In this document: positions 50,801-63,900 of the stretch, piece after piece
Layout: every line of letters begins with the position of its first letter
How positions within the stretch are numbered: position 1 is the first letter of the stretch
DNA from: Tubiluchus corallicola
Lineage: Eukaryota > Animalia > Priapulida
DNA length: 64,000 bases
Direction: 5' to 3'
NCBI GenBank assembly: GCA_030141605.1
Contig: JAQGDQ010000023.1
Span: 186,001 to 250,000 of the forward strand
Program-made: the position numbers and the translations under genes
Notes under the pieces: model-generated
The model's database searches: none
What the model was told of the DNA's origin: nothing
Seen by the model: the letters and a program-made list of their open reading frames with translations, nothing else

Positions 50801-52439
50801 GCAATGCTCTGCTAAGGTAATACAAGAAATTTTAGCATTTTTGCTGAAACTAGCATAATGTGGTGCACACTTTTGCGTAGGACTTCTTGCTTGGGAGGCT
50901 GTTCGAGATAAGCGAGGCAATTTCAATCAGATTCTTAAGAATTGGACCGGGATTTCGGTTTCAGTTAGAGATTTCGAGTTGCTTGTTAAAGGAAAAAAAT
51001 TTGTTCCACGAGTATCTGTTCGAGATGCGCAAGAATTCTGTTATACCAGTTGGAGTTATATATAGTTTACTGTATTTTTTGCAATTTTTAGGTTTTTTCT
51101 TTTATCTATAAACTCTCTTTAATTTATTTTTACAGAATCGATCATTACAGTCTGACAACAAAGCACTTACAGACGAAGTTAAGTTGCTGCGTGGTGAAAA
51201 CGCAATACTGAAGAAGCGTTTGGGTGTAGATGATGTCCCCAGTGAGAGAAAGGACGAGTCAGTTGAATCCGCAGTATTCAAAATGCTTCCTCTGCAGCAG
51301 GAGCAGGCTCGTGCAGTCTCTCATTGGATGGCATTTTCAGTAACGTTTCTGTTCCTGATTGTACTGAGCGAGATCTCTTATCCTTCATCGTTGACGGACT
51401 TTCGTCTGAAACGGATGATGAAGTTGAACAGTCAGAGCAGGTTTGTTGGCGATTTTATCTCTTAAAACTGTAAAAGATATATTTGTAAAATCCGTATTGC
51501 GTTCATTTTTGACATACTGTATGATCAGTTTAAATTTGTCAGGAGTCAGGCTGTTTAAATTTTTAAGAAAACTGAAGGACTTGTTGAATGTCAGCTGTTG
51601 TCTTAGCTATTTTTAATAAATTTCTTGTGCACAAATACACATGTAGAAGTGTGCGTGACGGCAAAGTTTTTGTATCTGGATTTTAAGATTCTACTTTTAC
51701 TGTTACGTTGAGTGTTTCAATTTAGCAAGATATTTATAAATCATTTTTATTTCAGAATGCCAAAGTTGAAGACAAGCGTTTTAAATCCAATCATAAAATG
51801 GTGGGGAGCACACCAAAGAATGTGGACGCCATCAATGAATTCATAAGATTCGACCACATTTACTACAAGGCTGAAAATGCCGATGAGCTCACTTCAATTG
51901 ATCATGAAGAAGAAGTAAAAACAGAAGCGGAAAGTGTTTCCATTGTCGATCAGGATATCAGTTGCACTAATGATAATTATAGTGCTAACAAAGACACTTC
52001 TTCAGAAGTCGATGTACTTTATAGAGGAAATTCTCTTACAGAATACACAGAACTTGGCAATACTTTGCCATCAACTGATGATTTTTCAGAATTAATGGAT
52101 CTTGATCTTAGTGAGTTTGATTCTTTTCTGCAATCTGGTGGATTTTCTAATGTATCCTGTACCGGTATTGAAGGAATTCGTAGTGAACTATCAACCGATA
52201 TTAACACTCCATTAAAGGTTAATACGCACTACAATCCCAGCATATGGGATAATATGTTGTCTTCGTGTTCACCTTTAAACACGCCTGGAATACATGGCAA
52301 GTCGCCCAACACGTCTTCGGAATCTGGGTATAGCACAGGTGAAAGTGATCTTGGCTCACCTGTAAGTGCAGCATCCCCAGCTACTGATGAAGAAGCTTGG
52401 CAAGAGTCTTTTTCAGACTTGTTCCCGGATCTTATGTAG
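47815..52439 (+). CDS. XBP1: X-box binding protein 1 (XBP1s about 426 aa; XBP1u about 236 aa ending at 51846)
   Basis: Exons 47815-48032, 50255-50351, 51136-51440, 51756-52439. bZIP RKRQRL..LSPNEKLLRRKMKNREAAQTARDRKKARM; IRE1 hairpins; INEFIRFDHIYYK; C-terminal ESFSDLFPDLM. Confidence 0.96.
48330..49210 (+). mobile_element. Decayed non-LTR retrotransposon 3' half in XBP1 intron 1
   Basis: KRVSHYKYLGDYITENG (RT C-terminal YLG motif) and VKANYINKFKGDVKYLLCGNSEDTAEHFLTC in broken frames. Confidence 0.65.
50498..51072. mobile_element. Tigger/pogo-like MITE in XBP1 intron 2
   Basis: TA|CAGTAAGCTA ... TAGTTTACTG|TA; internal TTCGAGAT-type repeats. Confidence 0.6.
51272..51294 (+). other. 23-nt unconventional IRE1/RtcB intron of XBP1 mRNA
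   Basis: TCCG|CAGTATTCAAAATGCTTCCTCTG|CAGCAGG; both cuts lie in 7-nt CNG|CAG loops on short stems, and removal opens the frame of the last exon. Confidence 0.93.
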
Positions 52440-53219
52440 TAAATGAAATAATTTATATTTTGTCTAAATTTGATTTTGAGAAGTATTCATTTCTTTTTGT
52501 AAATAATGATTAATTAGTGGTAAAAGGGTACAAAAACATCTTGTACATATTGGTACCAGATTTTTCGAAAGTCATAATAATAATTTGCTGGATATGGACT
52601 GTAAATTTTGGTTCACAACAGCGAATTAATGTGCTTGTCTTAATAGCATAATCACATTCATGTGCAATTATACAGCCTCACTGTAAAAGTTATATTGGGC
52701 TCATTATTGTAACATTCTAAAATCTAAATGATTAATTCTGTTCTATGAAATTTGTTATATGAATGTTATTTCTTAATAGCATTATCTGTCATTAGTGTGA
52801 CTGATATATTTGTGGGCACTTGTAAATTGTTAGCTGTATATTAAAATGATACATGAGCATACATTTTGCGACTTTAATGTTTTTATGCGATCTTGAGACA
52901 GAACAACTAATGAAACATTCACATTAAAAGAATCAGAAAAATGCAACTGTTGTATGAGATGAAGTCGTAGTTTAACCATTGATGCATTTGCAATGTTATG
53001 AACTATAACATTTTTCTCTTTTAATGTCTTTAACTATCAAGAGCATCAAAATTTGATGTCCTCCATGTGTGTACATGTAAGCAAGCAGCTCACATGCAGT
53101 GGTTCTGGTTCTGTATGTTTCAGCAAGATTTGATATCCCTTTTGCTATAATATTAGAAATGAGTATCAGCACGACAAAAGGCAACTCGCACAACAATCAA
53201 CTTTATATTGAATGATAAC

Positions 53220-53522
53220 CAGGGCCGGATTATGAACTATTGGGGCCCTTGGGGCTTAAGCTAATGAAACTATGAAGCCTCTTTGGGTGGGGAGACCATT
53301 TAACTTGCAACATTTTTCATAGTTTGAAGTAAATTTATTGCAATGAAGTAAACATCAGTTTGTCAATAAAACTAATCTCTGAGAAACACGACATTTTACT
53401 ATTTCTTGAAAACCAAATTAGCACACAATTTCAGCACAGCTGTAGTGAATAAACAGATTTTTTACCAAATTCTACCAAAGCTTGGAGTCCGATATACCAG
53501 CATATAGGATAATTCGGCCCTG
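53220..53522. mobile_element. hAT-like MITE
   Basis: TIRs CAGGGCCGGATTA / TAATTCGGCCCTG (12/13); no clear target duplication. Confidence 0.6.
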
Positions 53523-55805
53523 GCACAAGAACCACAGAGTATTAGTCAGAGCTGATGTAGGCATCTTGACTAATTGTTCAATACTTCCTTGCATATAAGG
53601 AAGACGTAAAACTTCACTGCTAGTGCTGTAGTTTCAGGTTGTGGATACAATGATGGTCCTGATTTTCGGCAAATTGTAATGATGAGTGTCACAACGTTTC
53701 CTGGCATAAGAGTGTAAACTGTCTAAATAGGCAACTGTGTAGCTTGAATGCAACTGACCACTGGTAGTATTTCATTTTCTATGACCAGTTATGCTGGCAG
53801 TTAGTAACATTTTATCATTTAATCATAATTAGGGGATGGTTGGCAATTGCCAATGTGTGTTCACATGCTAGTATGTGGGTTATCATGACACGGCTAGGCT
53901 GTGTTGATATCTGTTGTAATTTTGCTTTTAACTATAGGGTGCCCAGTGCCTTTGATGTATTGTGAGGAGGGTTAGGAGACATATTGTTATATATCTGGCC
54001 AATTCTGAAGGCGGCTGAATGAAGCCATTCCCAACACTAAAACCATTGATCCAAATCAAATCAAATCATTTATTGTTTTTCCCACATACAACATCGATTA
54101 AAGCTTAGTGGCATAATTATAATAGCCAATCAAATGGGAAGGGGTGGCGAAGAACGTGCGTTATCGTATCAGCCACCCCAACTCAGTTCTGTTATAAATA
54201 TTTTGCATGTAGTGCAGACGATAACTAATCAAAAATAATGAAATATTGAATTGTGCACTTGTTTATATCTATATAACATAAAAGAAAAACGCCAAAAACG
54301 AAATTTCACATTCTAAATGAGCAAAAAAAGAAATAAATTGTACTAGCATGCTAAAAATAGCATAATTTGCATGTAACTCGAATTTGAGGAGTTCTAGTAA
54401 TAACTCGGTATACTCAATAACAAGAAAACATGCATCTTATGAACGTATTAAAAGTGCGTAAAACAAAAATTCATACAAAATCGTAACAAAATATAAATGC
54501 AATAGTGTTAAGCTAATATTATAATTATAAAAATCCAAGAATATCATCATTACCATTTACATGCAAATCAAAATCATATGTTGCGAAATATTTAATATTA
54601 TGCAAAAAATGCAAACCACTGATGTATACAACAACAAAAACAATACAAAAATAAAAGGGCAAATAAATAGATATGGTAATGTAGCATAGGAGTTTAGTAT
54701 TAATTATATTTTCGATTGAAAAACAATTTCATCATGTAATTTATATAAGTGTACACTGGTTCAATAACCAATTCAAAGAAAAATATAAAGTAAACATTTA
54801 CCTGAGATATAAGTTAACAGAATTTCAGATAAGAGAATATTATTTTACGGCATCGTTGCTAACAAGTCGTACTCCTATATAGAGATGTCCAGCTGACAGA
54901 ATCCATAAATCAAAGTGTTTAAAAATGTGAAAAAAAGAAAACAGTTTGATCAAAAGCTAACTGACATAGCTCCTATGAAATGAGAGAGAGAAGCGAAATG
55001 AAACCTTTAATAATTTTCATAATTAGCCAATAATAGTTTTTTTATATCTTTTGCACACGTTATATCTTATGTTAAATAAAACGATTATAACTAAATTAAA
55101 CCTCGCCCTAGGCCTAAGCTTATCATTGATCATTTATTGTCAACTTTCTCTCTTACAGTAAGGTAAAAGTACTTTGAAAGATAATGGAGAAATGCTTTTG
55201 CACGGAGTAGATAAAATTTAATCATAATTGAATCAGTTCGCCATATGTTAAGCATTCAGGTCAACTTACAATATTTCATCAATAGTCATTTCCTTACAGA
55301 GGAGATCCATTAAAGTCTCAGTTATAAAACTGTTATAACTTTAAATATTAAGCTAATTTCTTTATTTCTGATTTCATGCAGGAGAAAGTTTCTAGTTATT
55401 ATGCACTACTTCGGTTCGCTTGGTGACTTCTTCACAATAAGGTCTTCACTAATATGGCAAACTGCATGGTCTGCAGATGCATAGTTTCATCACTGCTAAA
55501 ACTCTTGTGTTCCTGTTAAATTTGGCCTCGATTATTAAAGAGTTTTGTTAAGCCTTGATAAATTATGCAGGCTGTCTTTGGTTTGTCTGACGGACGTTTA
55601 TCAGATCGATTAAAATCAAGAAATCACACTGGTGACTGGCCTCTTCTCATTTTGCACTACAGTTACAAAGATAATGCATATTGTTGAAGCCAGCTATCAT
55701 AGGATTAGCAGGAGGGAATTTTAAATTTTCGCAGTGTGCAAAGTCACAGTGACGTACTGAGCGAACTCGTATTTGAATGTGTACCTTCGCTTGTGTTATT
55801 CGAAA

Positions 55806-58800
55806 ATGTCAACCAAAGAAGACGCAGGTTCTTTGAATGATGTCAGCCAGGCCCATAACTTGGCATCATCACAAAATTGCGGAACAGCATCGGCAACGCC
55901 AGCCGCTGTAAAAAGAAGGCAGCTGAGCGAAAAATTTACAAGTCCAACTGATAACATTTTCTCACCTTGCACAGCAAGACTAATGGGAGCTCAAATGTAA
56001 GAATATTACTTAATAATAAATAATGTCATTTAAAGTTATAGTCTCCACACCAATGTTTATCGACAAAATGTTCACATAAATGCTTTAATCACCACAATAT
56101 GAGCTGTTTATCACAATGAAAAATTTCTTTCTAAAAGCTGAAATAAAGAGAATACGGGGCTATGACTCCAACACTGACGCAATATAATAATGTCTTCTTG
56201 TTTACATGTTCAGTGCTATCTATAAAAGAACAAAGATCTTTTATTATGGCCTCAATATCAACATCATCTTGATCAGTGACTTCACTTGACAATATATCAA
56301 CTAGCTTGAAATTAGATAGCCAGTATGTCGGGAAATATTGTATAGCAGCACATCCCTTTGATTAGCATGAAACACACACACAGACAAAAATGCGCTCTGT
56401 AGATTTCATTGAACCGCACTCGCATGGTGGAGAATCGACACTTCCAATTGTATGAAAATAATAATTAAGTTTAGGGTAGCTCTTGCGTAAGTTTGGAAAA
56501 CTGTGACTTTGAAAATCAAGTCTTCTATTGAAAACCACTGGTGAACACAAATTATAGAAGAATCTACCATTTGAAGCTAGTGATTCCGTCGAAACTACCA
56601 TTTACGTAGTAAAGTTACCGGCTTGCATTCCTGACATCTTGCAAACTGTAAATACAGGAATTTATGACCACAAATTGAGCATCATGGGCAGCCCTTTTAG
56701 TGAAGGAATCAGTAAGATCATTTCTAATAATATTACGATGTCCAAGAATCTATACAAAGAAGTTAACATGAATATCAATACTATAATGAAATTTAACATA
56801 ATTTTTATGCTGTCATGTAGATCTTCGTAACAGTTACAAGATCATCCTAAAGATACAATGCTACTGAAGATTTACTATCTGAAAAAACTGTAACATTTTT
56901 AGTATCTGTAGCTACAAAGATTAATTGTGAATATTTGAATAAATTACTGCTCCTGTTCCACATTGTTCAGGATTGTCTGTACAAGAACCATCTGTAAATG
57001 CTAAAACAGCATTATCTGAAAGACTGCATAAAGAATTTATAACAAAGGCTTTCCCAAGAAGTTCTTGTGCTTCTCTGACCTATTGTTTGAGGATCCTAGT
57101 ACATTCCAATAGTTAGGTTTAGCCACAGGAATATCTGTAAAATTGTCATTTAGATCGAAATCAACTGCCGGAACCACTTGAGAAATAATAGCATTCCAGT
57201 TCTTCTCCACCTCCCATGCCAAAGAAGCAGCTTTTGCCTTAAGAGAAACAAATCTGATATTACCCAAACCAACTGCTTTAAAATCTTCTAGTTGTTGTTT
57301 CAGAGGATTAGATAGTGGTTTTGATTCAATTTTTGCAAGCTCTGTAACAGAGGTACACTACTAACAACCTCCAATACTTCAACACCAGCAGTCGAAGGGA
57401 GATCAAGACATAAAGACAAAGCCTTGCGTTTAACTATATGACACCATATTTCATCAATGAACAAACAAGGCATTTATTTATACAAAGTTGAAATATTAAC
57501 AATACCTCTTATTTCTCTAACGACTGAAGGAACTTTGCTAGCTTTCATTCATAGTTTGACAGTGTGGGGGATGAAAGGTTAATTTCTTATCTAGGGTTAT
57601 GCCAAGTAGCTTTGGAAATTGATTTTGCTCTAACAACACATTATAAACACAAAAAGGAGAATTACTAGGTAGTATATTAGGAACTCTACTAAACACAGTA
57701 ACTTCAGTTTTACTTAAATTAAGTGACATATGCCATAAAGAACGCCAGTTAATAATATGTTCCACATCAGAACAAACTAATGAAGCTAGACTGATGACAC
57801 CTGAATCAGTGTGCCATAAAGTACCATCATCTGCATGCTTGCAATGATTTTCCTGTACAGACTTGAACATATTTCAGCTATGAAAATGTTGAATAAAGAT
57901 GCTGAAATAACACTCACTTTTGGTAATCCCTTAGAAGAAGCAATACTGGCCCTTGATAGCCATTAATCAGATGTCTAGCATGTCTGTTTGATAAGAAACC
58001 TTTAATCCATACTGTAATCTGCCAGCAATGCGAACATTATATATCTTGATAGGAAGTCCATCTCGCCATACACGGTCATAATCTTTCTCCAAATCCAAGA
58101 AACAAGCTACTGTTTGATTAGCATTATTAAAGCCATCACATATAGTTTGTACAAAGTCGTAAACAGGGTGAATTATAGAACAGAACTTCCTAAAACCATC
58201 TTGTTGTGTATCAGTATTATTATATTATATGTATCAATTGCCGTATTTAATTTAAAAAGTACTAATCTTACCATAATTTTACAAATGAATGATGTCAAGT
58301 TAATACGACAATAAAAAGAGGGTACATAATAGTCATCCTTGCCTTGTTTCCTGATGAACTTAACATTTGCACAAGTCCAAGCTGTCTGTAGAATTCTATT
58401 GGTCCATGACTTAAAACTCTTCAATAATATGTGCTTCAAATTGCTCCCACAGTGTATAAATAACCCAGGAGGATATTCATCAGGACCAGGTGATTTACTT
58501 GCCTTCAAGTGGCTAATTGCATTATATACTCCTTTAGTGCAAAAGAACAATGAATTCCAGACCTTGCTGGACAAACATCTTTTGAAGCTAGCTTTTCCTC
58601 AACATTTCTTTTGAAACTATCATCAAAATTTCTTTGGCAGATATGCTTTACATCAAAAAACAATTTTGAAGAATATCAAATTTCTCAAGAATCCTCAAAA
58701 ACAGGAGAGCAATGTCAATTGCGTAAGTAAAACATACTTCTGCTTCCAACAATTTAAATTTGTTCTGGGGAAGATTTCGCTCATGAAACTTTTTCCGATG

Positions 58801-60901
58801 AAAATTAAGATTTTTTTAGCTGCTGCACAATTATTATCCCAGTAATTGTCTCTAGGTACATTTTTAATGTAACAAACATTAGATTTTGCGTTAGGATCAG
58901 CACGCTTTGGCAGACGGACTACAACTGAACTACCATACACTTGACCTCGAGGCCAGTGACTGATGATATCTGAAGCAGATTCACCCTAATGAGTATAAAG
59001 GGCAATACCTCCACCAGCTAAGCTATGTGCCAATTCAACTTTTTGGGAGATGTAAGGAATCTTCTTCAATTCTTTTATTATAGCAGCACTGTTTTTAAAG
59101 GCACAAAGGTCATCAACTTTATTTACAACTACAATTCTGTCTAAACTATAAACACAACAATTTTTATAAAAGTTCTTAGCATTACTTGATGAAATAAGAT
59201 TGCCATTGCCACTAGAGTAACTACTGCTGCCACTAGAACTATTAGAAGAAATGTCTGCTATACAGCTAAAATTTTCAAAGAGAACAGAAATCAAATGGTC
59301 AAGTTTATTTTCGCAAGATTGAACGATGTCACTTGTATCCTGTGAATCCGGCTCCTTGTTAGATGACTTTCTACCAGGAACACAAATAGCACAAACAAAA
59401 TCAATTTTATATTTTTTATACTTCACCAAATCTTTGTAAGAACATAAGTGCACAAACTTTATGCCACTATTTTTACAAATATCACAAGCAATTCAACTAG
59501 CAATTTCTGTAGAAGTTAAACTGCAGGGCACATCAAAGTATTACGTTTAGCACAAATATCAACAGCCTTTTTCCTGGATATTGGTATAACCAACACTGTA
59601 TAAAAAACTGGTTCGGCCAAAGCTTGAGTATGTATCAGTTGTCTGGTCACCACAGTACATCACCATAAAACTATAAATCTCATTCATTGTTTAAAAATTT
59701 TTGAACGAGTTGACCATCTTGAGTAAGACCTCTTCTTCCCGACTCATCGTCAATATGATTTACGTGGATATTCGATACAACTTTTCCAGCGTTTCTATCA
59801 TACTAATATAAAAGGTCATTTTTTCACCAAAGGAGCTATTCCCTGCTGGAATACCTTGCTGAACGATGTAATTAGTGCCTCAAATGCTAGTGTTTTCAAA
59901 AGCAAATTGCGGGCTCAGTGTCAAAGCGATGTAGCCAGCTGAGTTATTAAGTTTGAAAGGTAAATAGTAATTTTCCCCAGTTTAGAGTAAATTAGTCTTG
60001 AATGTTTCAATTTCAAATTACGACTTAAGACAAGTGCTCAAAAATAGCACCCAATGGCAGGGCTTGTTTCTTTGCTTTTAGTAGTAGTAGTAGTAGTATA
60101 TTCTTTATTTTGCCTTTTAAAAACATTGTCCATTATAATAAAAAGACAGACAGTCAGTGTTGGTTCATAAAAAACATGCACTGTTCTGGGCAAATGCATC
60201 TTGTTAGTCATATATGTAATGAATAATGATGCATACTGGTGGTACCAGCAGTATTAGGTGTAATTGTGTAAGGTGGAGCACTACTCGTTCACATTTAAAA
60301 AGAAAGTCTCCTTCGTAACATTTAGTTTCCAGTAACTCCTGCTGTTTTCACAAACCTTCCAATGATTTATTGTGGCTTTGTAATTGTTGTTTAGCACTTC
60401 TTCAAAACAATACTTTTTATAGTGATAAAGTACTGTTATGTCCTTTAGGCCAACATAAGAACATAGAATTAAAAATTTAAAAAATGCTATGCTGCTGCTG
60501 ATATGCACCCACAAACATTTATTTTACCATTCTTTGACAGAGCAATGACCAGAAAATGACTGCAATAAAGCTTATGATTTTAAGCTCAAAAGAAAATATG
60601 ATTAAAATTGTCAGAATAACCCCACAATTATTAATTGTTTGATACCACATCTGATTATCTGGTCGAAAGAAGAAAAACTATGGATTGTACTTAGGGTTCT
60701 ACGTTAATTTTGGTCGGGCTTTGTATATTAATGGTGAACTAAATTCTGTGGGCCTATTCAGTCTTGTACTTTTTGCTTTGCAGGAAACCTAAGCCAAGAA
60801 AACTTTTAAAACAAATAGCACTGCCATCAGAGAGCTCTACTAATTCAAAAGGGAAGCAAGATGTTGAGAAAGAAAACCAAGGGTTAGGGCCAAATCAGTA
60901 G
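55806..60901 (+). CDS. Small Spo12-like protein, two exons (55806-55996, 60784-60901), 102 aa
   Basis: MSTKEDAG...KRRQLSEKFTSPTDNIFSPCTARLMGAQ AT|gtaaga ... tttttgctttgcag|G KPKPRKLLKQ...DVEKENQGLGPNQ*. Phases match. The motif recalls the fungal Spo12 SPTD..SPC..L motif. Confidence 0.68.
56360..59520 (-). mobile_element. Decayed non-LTR retrotransposon with ORF1 zinc finger, RT and RNase H
   Basis: CDICK...HLC...FVCAIC (PHD-like); KSPGPDEY; HADDGTLW; KLLGITLDKKLTF; RNase H AFTDGSCTDNPEQCGTGAVI (about 56945-57005) and VFSDSKS; terminal SPPCECG. Confidence 0.82.
59570..60098 (+). mobile_element. CR1-like LINE 3' fragment with possible (GTA)n tail
   Basis: TLYKKLVRPKLEYVSVVWSP and FFTKGAIPCWNTL...ASNASVFKSKL; (TAG)n at about 60079-60098. 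Confidence 0.7.
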
Positions 60902-63900
60902 CCAGTTATGAACACTGCTTTTTCTGTTATTACTGAGTTAATAATTGCAATTATTTGCTATGATTCCATGGTTTGTGTATAAATCGTATTATATTTTGTA
61001 ATTTGCAATTATTAATAGCACAGCTTTTACATTCCTTACTAGATATTAATTTTATGTTATTTCGATGCTTAGTGAACTGCTGCTTTCTCATGCAATTTGC
61101 CCAAATAGCTTCAAAAGAAAAAACAAATGTTACTACTACATCTGTAACTTATTTTTTAATTTACTGCCATAGCTACAAGTCATTAAGTCATTTGCAGCTG
61201 CGACAGCAGGCTCTAAACATGTGTAAGGTTCTAGTTTGGACAGCTATAGAAAGCCTCAGTGTCAACGAAATTTATTGTGTCATACATTGTTAGAAAGCCG
61301 CAAAATTCTCTCTAACCGCATACCATCAGATGGGTAAAGTAGATCTTGTGGTTAAGAACCTGTAAAAAATTTCATTTTAATACTTTAACATAAGAAATAT
61401 CTCTGCAGCTATGTCGAAAAGAGCTAGTTATAAATAAAGCTGTTACGGGCTTAACTTGGTCTTATTTTTGTTTACAAATAGGGGTTAACTTGGTCTTATT
61501 TTGTTTAGAAATATAATTTCCTTAGTGTTTGTAAAGCAGCTTTGCTTTGTGATATGAACTTGTTCAGTTCAAAGTTTGTTGAGTTTCCCATTATTTTAAG
61601 GATTTTTCTCTTGAAACTACTTTTTAAACTTTGCTTGAAAGAGTCCAACATTAAAAACAGGATGAATTATAAAATTATATGTATGACAACTCTAATTGAT
61701 TCATTTTTATTGATGAAATCAAAACAATTTTTTTAATTGTTGTGTAGTCTACAATCTTTTCTTGCTGCATGTGATTTTTTACGTGTTATATAGATTACGT
61801 TTGTTATTGTTTTCTTAAACAAATTGACAAGTTGAAAACTTTTTAGCATAGATTTTTCGGTTTATTTAACTGTAAGTCTTATAATAATGGAAGTACTTCT
61901 GTTATGTAGCTCTAGTATTAGGCGTTTGTTTTTTTGCTTGCACATTTGTTAAGAAAAGAATTGCGTGCCGGCATACCTTCACTACAATTTTATGTGCTTT
62001 TTATAATGATCTAAGAAATTTGCTTGCAACTGCAAGTTTTATCAAATTGAAGCAGGTTCAAAAGCCATCCTGCATTGGCCAATTATGTATTCAGATTTTT
62101 AGTAGGTAATAGTGCACAATATGCAATAGTACTTACCTGAACACATTTTATTTTCTGATTGTGGTAGCCTCTTATTTTGGTGGTCTGCATGTAAGTATAT
62201 GCAGTGTGATAGCTAAGTAAATGTGTGAAGCAAATTGTTTCAATATGACTACATTGTATATTTTGCTGTTTGTATCAGATTTATTCTATTCAAGTGCTCT
62301 ACAATATCTACTGTTTGTTTATGTTAGTATTAAAGCAAAACAAGACAATTTTTCATATCCTACCACATTTTGAAGTATGGTAAAATGTATAATGCCAAAG
62401 CATTTCTGACAATTAAATAATTCTTTCACGCAAGGCGTTCTTTAAAAAATAGTATGTTCCCTAATATTTAAAGAATAGATTGTTTTGACATACAGTTTAG
62501 GATTGGGTCCAGTTTTCCTTTAAACAAAAACTATTTAACTGATTTTCGTTAACTTCATGGATAGGTCACCCCTCCGCCATTGGCACAGGTCTGCACTCTA
62601 CTAAGTGCCATTCTAATTCGAAAGTAGTTTTCTTCCGTGGAGATAAGCTGCTAGATCTTGTCAGTTTGCTATTGACTTGCATGAAATCCCGCTGTTATGC
62701 CACACCTTTCGAGCATATTTTGCCAAGTCGCTTTTATGTGGAACTCTTTCTATGTCCCCACATCATGTCTTCCCTGTTATCTCAGATACTTTGGAAAGAA
62801 AGTCAGTAGTAATAATAATTTAATACACATAGACATGTTCCTGTCATTCCAATGCAGCAAACTGATGGCAGGCCAATTTTCTCATTGTTATGACTTACCA
62901 TTATATTTTGCACCTTCTGTGCACACCCGCAAAGAGTGGACCTTGCCTTGTCCGCGGAAAATTTTGTTAAAGTTTGTTAACAATCATCAAAATGGAAACA
63001 ACGCCTTTGTTCTTACCACTGCACACGTTTTAGGCTGGATCAAAATTTTTCAAAATTCTTTTATTATGTGCTAGTGCTTTGCATTGTAGTCCATTCTTTT
63101 TCACTGTCTTTTGTTCACTTTTTTAGTCCATCTCTTTCATGCCTAAATCTTGAGTCCCATGTTTTTTGACGTAAAATCACAAAAATTTCCTTGGTGACTT
63201 CTTTTTTCTTGTTGCACTTTTTCTTTTTTCTCAGTTTTTCTCCTCAACTGGGTCGTTTGTTTTGATGAGTTCTTGCCATTGTCGCACAATCTGCTTTTAT
63301 AAAAAAATTACAAGCATGATTTGTATCTTGCAATTTTGCTTCCCCATAAAATGATGGCAAAGCATCTGAATTCACAAACCTACTCCTAATTTTGAGGGAA
63401 TAATAGTGTTGCTCATTGATTATGGTAGATATGTAACGGTTACCCCTCTACAAAATTTATCCAGTTCGAACTGAGTTGATGGAAACAATTGTATTTTAAT
63501 CACCAAAAATTCAAAACTGTTTTCAAATTCAAATCAATTTATTGTAAATTTCTTATAGTGCACATCTGTCACAGGTTAAAATACAAATGAATAAAATGAC
63601 ACCACACAAGAATGTCTTACTGCACAAACCTAGAAAATGTAGGTAAAAAATCTGGTTATATCAATAATACATAGAGAGTACACGAAAGTTCTATACAGGT
63701 ACAAAACACCATTAAAAGCAACACTCACCAAACCTTAACTTTAATTAAGGTTATCACACAATAATGGTAAATTAATTTATCAACTTGACTAGCAAACTGC
63801 ACTTCAGTTTATTCTGTGGCACCATTTTTAAAATTCATACATACAATACTTGAAAGTTGCAAAAAATGGCATAATACATTCCGAGCACATTATAATAATA

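Noticed and set aside
51184-51465. 93-aa ORF (and 51798-52439) as stand-alone genes
   Set aside because: They are XBP1 exon 3 (unspliced frame running into the intron) and exon 4.
54050-55400. Possible minus-strand L2-like 3' remnant with (TTTGA)n tail
   Set aside because: The tail and AATAAA are suggestive, but I could not read convincing RT motifs.
62697-63400. 125-aa ORF and a Lys/Glu-rich broken minus-strand frame
   Set aside because: No recognisable domain or exon structure; probably a decayed repeat.
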